64,000 nt of DNA, taken from contig NC_073384.1 of assembly GCF_028641065.1 (NCBI RefSeq), forward strand, positions 41,850,001-41,914,000, given 5' to 3'. The translations under genes were made by a program, and so were the position numbers. A model generated the notes under the pieces. That model was given only the letters and a program-made list of their open reading frames with translations, searched no databases and was not told where the DNA came from. Every line of letters begins with the position of its first letter. The stretch's first letter is position 1. This DNA is from Leucoraja erinacea (Eukaryota). Below, in pieces: positions 35,917 through 48,719 of this stretch.

Positions 35917-37443
35917 ACCTCCCATCCCTGCCGGGTGTTCACCATACCCCCCAACCTCACCCTCTCCCACACCGAACGGTCTGTCCTCAGCAGAGGTCTT
36001 ACCTTTGTACCCCTCCATCCCCATCTCAATGAGTTCCGCGCCCACCACGACTTGGAGCGCTTCTACCGTCGCCTCCGCCTCACAGCGTTCTTCCATGGGA
36101 AGGAGTCCTCGCCCCCTACTGATGACCCCTTTTCCCGTCTCCAACGCACCCCCTCCTCGTGGAACCCCTCTCGTAAAGTCCCGGCTCTGGAACTCTTTAT
36201 CCAGAACTGCCGCCGCGACGTCAACCGCCTCAACTTCTCCACTCCCGTCTCACTCCAATCTCTCCCCCCCTGAACGCACAGCCATCGACTCACTCCGCAA
36301 CAACCCAGATTGGGTTATCAAACCAGCCGACAAGGGAGGTGCCGTGGTAGTCTGGCGCGTCGATCTCTACAAAGCTGAGGCCACGCGCCAACTCTCGGAC
36401 ACCTCCTCCTACTTACCCTTGGACCATGACCCCACTGACGAGCACCAGGCCACCATATCTAGCACCATCACCGACTTCATCAATTCCCACGCCCTGCCCG
36501 ACCAAGCTTCCAACCTCATCGTTCCCCAGCCCCGCACGGCCCGTTTTTACCTTCTCCCCAAAATCCACAAACCCGGCTCTCCCGGCAGACCCATTGTCTC
36601 TGCTTGTTCGTGCCCCACCGAACTCATCTCCACATACCTTGACTCCATCCTATCCCCCTTGGTCAAATCCCTTCCCACCTATGTTCTAGACACCTCAGAC
36701 ACTCTCCGCCGCCTCCGCGCATTCCACTCTCTAGGCCCTCACCCCCTCATCTTCACCATGGATGTCCAGTCACTCTACACCTCCATCCCCCACCAGGATG
36801 GCCTCAAAGCCCTCCGGTTCTTCCTCGACCAGAGGAGCAACCTACACCCAGCCACTGACACCCTCCTCCGCCTTGCGGAGTTGGTCGTCACCATCAACAA
36901 CTTTACGTTTGACTCCTCCCATTTCCTCCAAACACAAGGCATAGCTATGGGCACACGCATGGGCCCCAGCTACACCTGCCTCTTTGTCGGGTACGTTGAA
37001 CAATCCTTGTTCAATACGTACCAGGGCCCCATCCCCGACCTCTATCTCCGTTACATTGACGACTGCTTTGGGGCCACCTCCTGCACACACACACAACTGA
37101 CTGACTTCATCCACTTCACCACCAACTTCCATCCGGCACTCCAATACACCTGGACCATTTCCGACACTTCCCTACCATTCCTTGACCTCACCATCTCCAT
37201 CGCAGGGGACAGACTTCTGACCGACATACACTACAAACCAACTGACTCACATGGCTATCTAGACTACACTTCTTCCCACCCTGCCCCCTGTAAAGACTCC
37301 ATCCCCTACTCCCAATTCCTCCGCCTACGCCGCATCTGCTCCCAGGATGAGACGTTCCACACCAGGGCATCGGAAATGTCCTCGTTCTTCAGGGAACGGG
37401 GATTCCCCTCCGCCACCATAGATGGAGGAACAGCACCTCATAT
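35917..37443 (+). mobile_element. Young Penelope-like RT copy with one frameshift (~36245) and an internal deletion removing most of the endonuclease
   Basis: LSRGLTFVP (ORF 35935), IKPADKGGAVVVW, FYLLPKIHK, GIAMGTRMGPSY, YLRYIDDCFG; then jumps to gaggaacagcacctcatat (EEQHLI, endonuclease C-terminus). Confidence 0.95.
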
Positions 37444-38079
37444 GTTAGTTTCTGGTTGAAGAGGAGCAATTATTTTATCCAGACATTAATATAAACATGA
37501 AATATTGTTTGGCTCACTCTTTCCCCTCCGTCTTACAGATGGACATATGCACTGACTTTGTTTCCACCACTGCTAAATGGAGTTATCAGGCAATTGAATC
37601 ATCCTCCTACAACCAGAGAGCAGTGCTGAACTACTATCTGCCTCCTTGGTGACCCTTGGACTATCCTTGATCAGACTTTGCTGGCTTTACATTGCACTAA
37701 ATTGTATTCCCTTATCATGTATCTATACACTGTAAATGGATTGATTGTAATCATGTATTGTCTTTCTGCTGACTGGATAGCACGCAACAAAAGTTTTTCA
37801 CTGTACCTCAGAAGACGTGACAATAAACTAAAGAATAACTGTAAACAGGAGTCAATGGGCTGAGTAGACTCTTCGTTTTGTTGCAACAATGTAATGGTTG
37901 TACAGTTCTTTTCTCAGTGCTGCAGCCCATTGACGTTTCATCCCAATTAAAATGAGATATGTGAGAAGTGTGGCGTTATGAACATTTATGGTTGATGCAT
38001 TGTATCAAGTTCACCACTCCCTGCTCCATTAAAACTGTGCTGTCCAAGGCTGGAATACAAAAATGTATTCCTTAGCTGT

Positions 38080-38662
38080 GATAGAGTCATAAAGATTCAT
38101 AGAGTGATACAGTGTGGAAACAGGCCCTTTAGCCCAACTTGCCCTTACTGACCAATTTGTCCCACCTGCGTGCATTTGGCCTATATCCCTCTAAACCTGT
38201 CCTATCCATGTACCTGTCTAAATGTTTCTTAAATGCTCTGATACTACCTGCCTCAACTGCTTCCTCTGGCAGCTTGGTTCATACCCACCACCCTTCGTGT
38301 GAAAACATTACCCCTCAGATTAAATCTTTAGCCCCTCACCATAAACCTATGCCATCTGGTTCTCAATTCCCCCCTGGGCAAAAGACTGCGAGTTTACCCA
38401 ATCTATTTCTCTTGGGATTTTGTACACCTCTATAAGATTACCCCTCATCCACGCACTCCAAGAAATAGAGTCCTAGCCTGCTCAATCTCTCTCTTTAGCT
38501 CAAGTCCTCGATTCCTGGCCACATCCTCGTAAATCTTCTCTGCACCTTTTCCAGCTTGATAACTTTTCCTATTACATGGCGCCCACAACTGAACACAATA
38601 CTCTGAATGCAGCCTCACCAACATCTTATATAACTATTACGTGACCTCCAAACTTCTATACT
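38080..38662 (-). mobile_element. CR1 3' fragment (degraded)
   Basis: Reverse complement of the family at 4624-5040, extending further 5' (EYCVQLW region). Confidence 0.8.
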
Positions 38663-40677
38663 ACTGTATCATGATAAAACAAAAATGAAAAGCTGTTGAA
38701 TGAGTGAGATTGCCTCATTCCCTGACAGACGAGACAAATTTCATGTTTATATTAATGTCTGGATAAAATAATTGCCCCTCTTCAACCAGAAACTAACACT
38801 GCTTTCTGTTTCGTTTTAATAATCCCTTTCACTGAGACTGTGTATCAAACATACAAAGAAAGAAAACAAATGGACCTTGCCTTGAAGACAGAATCACCCC
38901 ATTTATTTACCAACAGATATCAACGAGCAATAGTTACCCCCGAGTTCTCATCTAGAACGAGTAGTTACACTCTTAGGGTAAGGAATTTGGGACCATCTTA
39001 GGACAAGAATGAGGAGATATAGAGTCATAGAATCATCTAACACGGAAACAGGCCCATCAACCCACTCGCCAACAAGATGCCCCATCCAAGCCAGTCTCAT
39101 TTTCCTGCATTTGGCATAAATACATCCAAGCTGAACTCAAGTTAAATAATCTCCTCTGCCTGCACGTGATCCATATCCCTCCATTCCTTGCATATCCAAG
39201 TGCCTATCCAAAAGCTTCTTATACAACATTATCACATCTGCATCCACCTTAAACAAGCCCTTTAGCCCACATCCATGCATACCAAGATGCTGCATCCAAA
39301 CAAGTCCCGTTTGCCTGCATTTCGCCCATATCCCTCTAAACCGTTGCTATCTATGTATCTATCCCTTCTGTCCTACAGATGGATATATACACTGACTTTG
39401 TTTCCACCATTGCTTAGATAGAGAGATACATCCTGGAAACAGGCCCTTCAGCCCAATCCATCCATGCTGACCGCTGTCTAATCGAGCTAGTCCCACTTGC
39501 CTATGCCTACATCTCTACAAATCATTTTAGGAGAGAAAATAAGTCTCTGCAAGTCTTCTCTAGGTTGAATTAGAGTTAAAGAGCCAGTTGATATGTATCT
39601 TTAAAGCGGAGATTGATAGGTTCTTGAATAGGAAGAGCATCAAAGGTTACAGGGAGAAGGCAGGTGGAGAATGCGGTTGAGGGAGAAAAATAAATCGCCC
39701 ATGATCGAATGGGGGAGCAGACTCGATGGGCTAAACTGCCTAATTCTGCTCCTAAGTCTTACAATCTTATAGTCTTATAGTTGAGCCACAGCATTTTCAT
39801 CAGTGTTTTTATCCATTGCACTTAAAAATGAGCAGAAAACAAGTTTGCCCGTTCATATATGCAGCGTAATCGTTGATTCTCTCAGCCACTGTGCTCCTCA
39901 ACAGACTGACATTTGCAAGAGCTTCACATTTATCACAATACTCTATTTCTGGAGCTTTATGCGTGCAGTATTGCAAAGAAATTCCCCTCAGCAAATGGTT
40001 TTGTGGACATAGCTATTAACATTCGATCCAGGGAGCTCAGTTTAAGATCGGCACCACTTTCATGATGAGCATTAGTGAGCATTGATTACTGCGTTCTCAG
40101 CCACCAGGCTAATTCAGAAACTTTATCTACCCTTAAATTACCAACGCATTTATTGTATTTCTCACCTTGGTATGCTGCTTAGTGTCTTTGAATGCATTTT
40201 GCATGAGGGCAGCGCTGGCTGGGCCAGCGTTTATTTATTGCCCATCACTAATTATCCTTGAACAGAGCGGGTTTGCTAGACTATTTCATAAGGCAGATCA
40301 TGAATCAACCACATCATTGTGCATCTTGAGTTCTGTACGGAGCACATCCAGTAAGGGAGGCAGATTTCTTTCCCTGTAGGACATTAGTGTCCAAGAGCAG
40401 GACAGCTCAGCACTTGCGTAACTGGACTCACATCAGAACATGAGTTCGGACCCCACAGTGAGAGATGGGAATTTCAAATCCGAGTAATTCATCAACTCGG
40501 ATTTGAAAATAATCACCTATTATTATTAGTAGTGACAGTACTACAGTAGTAGCAGTAACTATGAAACTTTAGTGTAGAAGTAGAAGTTAGGAGGTCATAA
40601 GACGTTGTGTACATTTGGAGTATTGTGCTCAGTTTTTGGATGTGAAGTAATGTGGATTAAGTGCTGGTAGATAAGAC

Positions 40678-40952
40678 GTGTCGGAAGGAACTGCAGATGC
40701 TGGTCTACACCGAAGATAGACATAAAATGCTGGAGTAACTCAGCGAGCCAGGCAGCATCTTTGGAGAAAAGGAATAGGTGATGTTTTGGGCTGAGACTCT
40801 TATTTAGACTGGTGTCTGGAGTCTGAAGAAGGGTCTCAACCCAAAATGTCACCTATCCATGTTCCCCAGATATGCAGCCTGACCCCCTGAGTGACTCCAG
40901 CATTTTGTGTCTACCTTCGGTGTAAACCAGCATCTGCAGTTCCTTCCTACAC
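40678..40952. repeat. Fold-back pair of complete Penelope-terminus units (~133 bp arms, ~8 nt spacer)
   Basis: gtgtcggaaggaactgcagatgctgg...agact / agtctgaagaaggg...ccagcatctgcagttccttcctacac. Confidence 0.9.
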
Positions 40953-41531
40953 ATCTTATCCACCTGCACATAATCCACGTCCCTTCATATCCACGTGCCG
41001 ATCCAAAAGTCTCTTTTCTTGGTGGTTCTCTTGTGTAAAGCCTCTTTTTACTCAACAGCTCTGGTCTTTGTGTAGCTAATTTAATCTCTTCCTCTGTGTG
41101 GCCTTCACATTGTGTAGGAATTAAAGTTGCTCTGACATGGCGCTGACGGTAACGATGCATGCTGAGCACGTGCCTTTGCCTGGTTAGCAATAATAGAGTT
41201 AGTAATATTCAACTAAAATGTTTCACACCCACCATGTGATGATAGTGATGCAAATGTTTTAATACACCACGGACAACAGGTGGCTGTGCTATAATATCCT
41301 GAAACTGATGAGCGAACCACTTGTTTCTTTTCTTAGTTGGAGCTTTTCACGTCGCCTAAAAATAACTTTACGTTGGCGACAGATGAAAAGAGTTGAGCGG
41401 AAGCTCAGCTATTGTGGCTCGTTTTTTGTCACTGTTCTTGCTACTTCAGGAATGCCATGACTCCCTAACAGTTGAGATTGGCACAGGTAGCAGAGGTTTG
41501 CGCTGTTATGGCAACCGAGATGTGCACTAGA

Positions 41532-41826
41532 TTTAGTTTAGTTTAGAGATACAGCGCGGAAACAGGCCCTTCGGCACACCAAATCCTTGCCGACCATCGA
41601 TCCCAGCACACTAACACCATCCTACACACACAAGGGACAGTTTTTACCGTTAAATCAAGCCAATTAGCCTACCAATCTGCATGTTTGGAGAAAATTGGAG
41701 ATCCAGGAGAAAATCCACCTAGGTCACAGGGAGAACGCACAAACTCCGTACAGACAGCACCCGTAGTCAGGGTTGAACCCGGGTCTCTGGCGCTGTAAGG
41801 CAACAACTCTATCGCTGCACCACCAT
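41532..41826 (-). mobile_element. Near full-length HE1-type V-SINE
   Basis: A and B boxes, V core, (aaact)n tail. Confidence 0.88.
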
Positions 41827-42155
41827 TGGACAGATGAACAGTTGGTAGGAAGGTGATTTTTTTGCATGTCATGGTCTGTTTTCTGTGCTCTCAATTCAGG
41901 TTTCCTATTCAATATTAATTGTTGATGAAATGGCCAGATGCCCTCAGTTGAGTGTGGGGTTCTCTTTAGAGAGGCCATTGTTATAATGGAGCACCTCAGC
42001 TCCAGCAATAGTAAGATCCAGGGCATAGCTCTCTTTCAACTGCCCCTAGCCTCCCGAGGAAAACCAACGTTGCAATGTTTAAGAAACATTTAGCCAGGCA
42101 CATGGATAGGACAGACCTGATCCTGTGCTATATTGTTCTATCTTCTATGACCTTC

Positions 42156-42400
42156 TTTTTCACACAGAGAGTGGTGAATCTCTGGAATTCTCTGCCACAG
42201 AAGGTAGTTGAGGCCAGTTCATTGGCTATATTTAAGAGGGAGTTAGATGTGGCCCTTGTGGCTAAAGGGATCAGGGGGTATGGAGAGAAGGCAGGTACGG
42301 GATACTGAGTTGGATGATCAGCCATGATCATATTGAATGGTGGTGCAGGCTCGAAGGGCCGAATGGCCTACTCCTGCACCTAATTTCTATGTTTCTATGT
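42156..42400 (+). mobile_element. Young CR1 3' fragment
   Basis: FTQRVVNLWNSLPQKVVEASSLAIFKRELD...GY*, (tttctatg)n tail. Confidence 0.92.
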
Positions 42401-44024
42401 CTACTGTTCGCAGTTGTATTTCTGATGATAATAAAGCAACAATGGGCCTTTGTGCCTATTTATGTACAATTTGCTGACCAAGTCTCATTAAATAGGAACG
42501 AGCTTCTCACCACCCAAGCCCACTTGATGCATGACCCTTCCAGTTAGGGGAGGGAAAACTGGGGAGACATTTATCTTTGATGACTAACATTGCAAGTTTG
42601 TGTGAGTATTGCCTGTTTATTGAAGTTATTGGAACCAAATGTGCAGAAGGTGTATACAACTGATACCTGTTACTGTAGCGTCAGCTCAGGATGCAAGGAC
42701 ACGTTTCACTCCCCAGCCTGGTTAACCCATCACAGCAACAGAAGAAAAAAACCCCCAGAAACACCCAGGCAAGAAGCATGAGTGGAGAGATCAACAGAGT
42801 CCTTACAGAGCTGGAGACCTGGGCTCGGTCCCAACTACTACTGCTGTTTGTAAGGAGCTTGTACATTCTCCCTGTGACCATGAGTGTTTTCTTCAGTTGC
42901 TCCGGCTTCCTCCCACACTCCAATGATGTACAGGTTTGTAGGTTAATTGGCTTCTGTACATTTTTTAATTATCCCTAGTATGTAGGATAGTGCTAGTATA
43001 CGGGGTGATCGCTGGTCAGCGTGGACTTGGTTGGCCGAAGGGCCTGTTTCTGCGCTGTATCTCGAAAGTCTAGTAAACAGCATCTCATCTAATATCCTGG
43101 CACATTGCAGCCTGAAAAACTCAAAATCGATTTGAACAATCTTCACACACGTCTCTTTACCTCGATAGAAATGGCTGTTTCCAATTTTTTTTATTTTCCG
43201 CTTTTTATCTAGCGCTGTTTTTTAAAACAATTCTTGATCATTTTGATCTGCACTATATGTGTTCTCTCCGCTCTCCCCTCTCAATCGTTTAAAACATTCT
43301 TGATTCCTCACATTTCCATTTCCCTGACCTGGAACCTTGACAATTTGCTGCCCCACTGGTGCTGACAAAGCTGCTGAATTACATTTTTGTAGGATTTCTT
43401 TCATATGCAACTTTTAGTTCTTGTTTAACTCCATGCTGGATCTTTTTTTTATTTTAGTTTAGTTTATTGTCATGTGTATCAGCAATGCTGGCTCTGTGTG
43501 CAAGCCAATATCTTTGACTGATTATAGACACAATGTGCTGGAGTAACTCAATAGGTCAGGCAGCATCTCTGTAGGAAAAGGATAAATGAAATTTCAGGTC
43601 AGGATCCTTCTTCAGACAGAAGAAATGTCTTAAGAAGGGTCCCAACGCAAAACATCTCCTATCTTTTTTTCTCCAGTTGGCGGCACTTAAGCGCCAGATA
43701 CCCGAGTTCGATCCCAAGTAAGGATGCTGTCTGTACGGAATTAGTATATTCTCCCCGTGACCGCATGGGTATTCTCTGAGATCTTTGGTTTCCTCCCACA
43801 CTCCAAAGACGTACAGGTTTGTAGGTTAATAGGCTTGGCATTATTGTAAAATGACCCCTAGTGCATGTAGGATAGTGTTAATATGCGGGGATAGCTGGTC
43901 GGTGTGGACTCGGTGGGCCAAAGGGCCTGTTTCTACGCTGTATCTCTAATAAAAACAAACAGTTGCTTCTTGAGTTACTCCAGAACTTTGTGTCTATCTT
44001 TGGTCTAATCCAGCATCTATATTT

Positions 44025-44345
44025 AAAAAAACCCGCCAAGAAACTTGTGCTCCGCATGCGCAGTACAGCAAAGGCAGAATTTCAGCTGCCTTCAGCCCCG
44101 CTTTAAATTGACGGCTTGAAGCAACGCTGACAGGCATGTGGGCTGCACAGATCTTCAAGGGTTACAAGTACTGCAGTTGAAAGGCACGGAGAATTATGTC
44201 TACCTAAGAGATCGATCTCTTAAATAGGCATAATTCTCCCATGCCATTACTATTTATATTTAATAATTGCCATTTCATAATTTTAGTCAGGGTAGGCAGT
44301 GCCTACCTTGCCCACCCTGACGGCACGTGCCTTATATATATATAG
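44025..44345. mobile_element. Probable non-autonomous DNA transposon fragment with one terminus and an internal palindrome
   Basis: Self-complementary end gtcagggtaggca...tgcccaccctgacggcacgtgcct next to (TA)n; ~31 bp-arm palindrome at 44183-44245; no matching second terminus found. Confidence 0.45.
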
Positions 44346-45769
44346 TGATGCACTTGCAAAACATTCCTATTGCAAAATTATGGCATGGAAGGCAAAAGGA
44401 AAATGTTTACCAAGCTAGGAAGCGAGCAAATAACAAGGGCATTTAAAAGGTGAGGTACAGGGATTTTATAAGAAGAGAACAGGCAATAAGGATAGCTGAT
44501 GTTATACCATTATTTAAGAGGGGTAGCAAGGACAAGCCAAGGACCTGACATCAGTGGTGGGAAATTTGTTGGAGGGGATTCTTAGGAACAGGATCTAGCA
44601 GCATTTGGACAGTTACTCACCACTTAGGAATAGAATGGACCACTTCCAGGAAAGAGGTGGGAGGAGGTGTAGTCAAGAAAGCTGTGGATGTTGATGGGCA
44701 TATAATGGAAATTGTCTTGGATGAAGAAGTCAAAGAGTAGTTGTGGAGGGTTGTTTTTCTGACTGGAGACCGGTGTCCAGTGGAGAGCACCAGATTTCAG
44801 AGGGACAACTTTTTCACTCAGAGGGTAGTCCATATCTGGAATGAACTTTCAGAAGTGGAAACAATTATGACTTTTAAAATACATTTTGGACAGATATATG
44901 GATAGGGAGGGTTAGAGTGCGATGGGCCAAATGTACTCAAATGGGACGTCTAAAATGCCAACTTGGTCGACACTGACAAAGTGGACTGAAGGGCTTGTTT
45001 CCTTGATGTACAGCTCTAGGTCTCTCATGGAACCACCTGGGTGGGTGAGTTAGATATGTGGAATTTAGAAAGCAAATAATAGCAAAGGAAAATCACATCA
45101 AAGAGAATAAAATTAGGTAAAGAGTGGGAAAAGGAAAATGAAGAGGGGGTAGTGGGGTTGGCAGGGCGGTGGGGTGGGGATTATAACATATCAAATGGAA
45201 CTGAAGCAAGAAAATCATTGTTAAAAATGGAAAGGCAGAGCACAGACTTTAGAGATACAAGAGACAATCATTTATAAATTTGAGATAACACAAATGGGAG
45301 CAGGCATCTTATAGACTTAATGGCTGAATTTTATTTCCAAGAATTTGGGACTTATTGAGGAGATGGAACTTTTAGATATGGGAACATAATAAACAACTGG
45401 ATAGCAGGCATTTTGGCCCCCCAAGTCCACCCTGGGTGGGGATTGAATGTTAGATATGTCAACTTTAGGACCCTGGAACAATAACTAGCAAAGGTGTGGG
45501 GGAATATCACATTAGACGGGTCCAATGTCAAGAAAGAACGATCCTGCGAGAAGCCACCGATCAAATTGAATAGTATATATATAGAAGAACCCAAAAAATT
45601 TAGAAACTAAAAAAGAAATTAAATAATTTACAACCCCGGAGAAAACCCGTATGAAGGCAGAGCACAAAATTTCAACAATACTTGGGGTGGGAGATAACAA
45701 TATCAAATGGAACATGAAGCGAGGAGATGAACCAAGAAAATCATTGTTAAAAATGGAAAGGCAGAGCAC

Positions 45770-46071
45770 AGACTTTAGAGATACAGCATGGAAACAGGCA
45801 TTTTGGCCCCCCCAAGTCCATGCTAACCTGCGATCACCCCATACACTAGCACTAGCCTACACACTAGGGACAATTTCCAATTTTAGGAAAGCCAATTAAC
45901 CTACAAACCTGTACATCTTTGGAGTGTGGGAAGAAACGGAGCACCCGGAGAAAACCAACCCAGTCACAGGAAGAACGTACAAATTCCACACAGACAGCAG
46001 CCGTAGTCAGGATCGAACCCGGGTCTCTGATGCTTTAAGGCAGCTACACTAACGCTGCGCCATTGTGCGCC
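45770..46071 (-). mobile_element. Full-length HE1-type V-SINE
   Basis: tggcgcagcg A box, ggttcgatcc B box, V core and tail. Confidence 0.88.
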
Positions 46072-47546
46072 CCACTCACTGAGTGAATGATTTACAATGG
46101 TCTTGAAATGGGGAAGAGGAGGTGAATCCTAACAATTCTGAGGAGCAACCAACATGGATAAAGGGGGAGAATTTAGGTTTCAAAGGAAGGTGGCCTATGA
46201 AGGCTGGATGGGATAGATCCTTGGATCCTGATCAAGCAAATTGCAAAAGGCCCTACAAATTCTGGCACAAAGCTCTATTGAATCTGACTGTTTGCCAGAT
46301 TGTTGGAGTGGCCAACATAGTAACCATTTTAAAAAGGAAGGAAGAACTAATTCTTGTAATTAGTGGGCAGCCAGTTCAACATCTGTGCCTGGGGAAATAT
46401 GAGTGTCTCTACTTTAGGATGAAAATATTTAGTTCCAGTTTTAAAGATACAGCATGGAAGCAGGGATCATGGGATCATGGACCAGCGTTGACCCCGTGCA
46501 CTAACCTTCACACACCAGGGACAATTTTTTTTTTTCATTTTACAGTAGCCATTTAACCTACAAACCTGCACATCTTAGGAAGGTGGGAGGAAACTGAAGC
46601 ACCCAGAGAAAGCACAGGCAGTCGCAAGGAGAACGTGCAAACTCCATACAGGCAGCACCCATAGTCAGGATGGAACAGGGGTCTCTGCCGCTGTAAGGCA
46701 ACAACTCTACCGCTGTGCCACTATGCCGCCCCATACTGTGTGATGATACAAGGGAAATTGGCTGGCTCTGACTGTAATCAATGCAACTGAACTTGCTAAG
46801 CATCAGAATTTAGCAGAAGAATGATAAATGATCATCATAATTTTGACTGCCTGTTGTCGAAGGCTTCTGGTATTAGACTGCATTATAGTTAGTGGAATGA
46901 CATTTTAGGAGAGGAGTACAAGACATTCTGTACCCTCTGTAATCTCCTTCGTTCATGGACGTTCACATTTCTGAACCAAGCCGTGATACAACCCTCTATC
47001 ATACACCTGTAGAGGTTAAAGGGAATTTTTGCCCACAATCTTCTAAGGAAGTTTAGTTTAGCAGTTTCTTGTTTTCATGTGTACCGAGCTACAATGAAAA
47101 GCTTTCAGCAAAAAGACCATGCACGGTTCCAATCAAGCTGCCCACAGTGTACAAGGGCATCACGTTTAGTACAAGATAATGTCCAGTAAAGTCTGATTAA
47201 AGATAGTTCAAAGGTCTCCAATGAAGTAGATTGAACCGTTCTCTCACCAACGCGAAAGTTGGTGAGAGGTCAGTTGTCTGATGAAGCATTAGTGGGCTTT
47301 CTTTATGATGTGTTGCCAGGAGAATTTTCTTCAACAATATAGAGATGGCCTTACCACAGAGGGTGCATAACTGGACATCCTTGCAGATGCAGATGCCGAG
47401 AAGTGTGTTCAGCTCTGGCTGAACCACTTCGAATCTTGTGTGTGGACTCGATAAAAAGACCGGACATTCTATCAGACAACAGAGCAGGGTGGATGACTGG
47501 AGCATCAGCGTGGCATAAAAGGCTGAGGGTGACCTAACAGGAGTAT

Positions 47547-48719
47547 GAAACATAGGAAAATATGTGCAGGAGTACTCTTTGCTTCCTGTCTGCCCATCGA
47601 GCCAGCACCGCCATTCAATATGATCATGGTTGATCATCTAAAATCAGTACCCTGTTCCTGCTTTTCCCCCCATATTCCTTGATTTATTTAGCCCTAATAG
47701 CTAAATCTAACTCTCTTGAAAATATCAAATTGGCCTCCACTGCCTTCTGTGGCAGGGAATTCCACAGATTCACTACTCTCTTATTTTTTCCTCATCTCAG
47801 TCCTAAATGGCCTACCCCTTATTCTTAAACTGTGACCCCTGGTTCTGGACTCCCCCAACATCGGGAATTTTTTTCCCGCATCTAGCCTGTCCAATCCTTT
47901 AAGAATTTTATATGGTTCTATAAGAACCCCTCTCATCCTTCTAAATTCCAGTGAATACAAGCCCAGTCGACCCATTCTTTCATCATATGTCAGTCCCGCC
48001 ATCCCGGGAATTAACCTGGTGAACCTATGCTGCACTCCCTCAATAGCAATAATGCCTTTCCTCATATTAGGAGACCAAAATTGCACACAATACTCCAGGT
48101 GCGGTCTCACCAGGGCCCTGTACAACTGCAGTAGGACCTCCTTGCTCCTAAACTAAAATCCTCTCGCAATGAAGGCCAATATGCCATTAGCTTTCTTCAC
48201 TGCCTGCTGTACCTGCATGCTTGCTTTCAGTGACTGATGTACAAGCACACCCAGTTCTCGTTGCACCTCCCCTTTTCCTAATCTGACACTATTAGATAAT
48301 AATCTGCCTTCCTGTTCTTGCCATGCATGCGCCCACTCTCGCAACCTATTCAAGTTACCCTGCAGCCTCATAGCATCTTCCTCGCAACTCACACTGCCAT
48401 CCAGCTTTGTGTCATCTGCAAACTTGGAGATGTTACGTTTAATTCCCTCGTCTAAATAGTTAATATATATTGTAAATAACTGGGTTCCCTGCACCGAGCC
48501 TTGCGGCACTTCATTAGTCACTGCCTGCCATTCTGAAAAGGACCCATTAATTCCTATTCTTTGTTTCCTGTCTGCCAACCAGTTCTCTATCCATGTCAAT
48601 ACCCTACCCCCATACCATGTGCTCTAATTTTGCCCACTAATCTCTTGTGTGGGCCCTTTTCAAAAGCTTTTTGGAAGTCCAGATACACCACATCCATTGG
48701 CTCTCCCTTATCCATTCTA
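47547..48719 (-). mobile_element. CR1 LINE, 5'-truncated, RT domain to 3' UTR, disrupted
   Basis: YLDFQKAF, WIENWLADRKQR, VPQGSV, KFADDTKL, YRALVRPHLEYCVQFWSP. Confidence 0.95.

Noticed and set aside
35912-36245. Ser/Pro-rich N-terminus of the 515 aa ORF as a novel domain fused to RT
   Set aside because: It is an alternative frame; the true Penelope N-terminal sequence (LSRGLTFVP) is in ORF 35935-36273 and joins by a frameshift
41118-41486. Exon candidates after tgtgtag and tttcttag
   Set aside because: Stops in all frames and weak donors; indistinguishable from pseudo-exons
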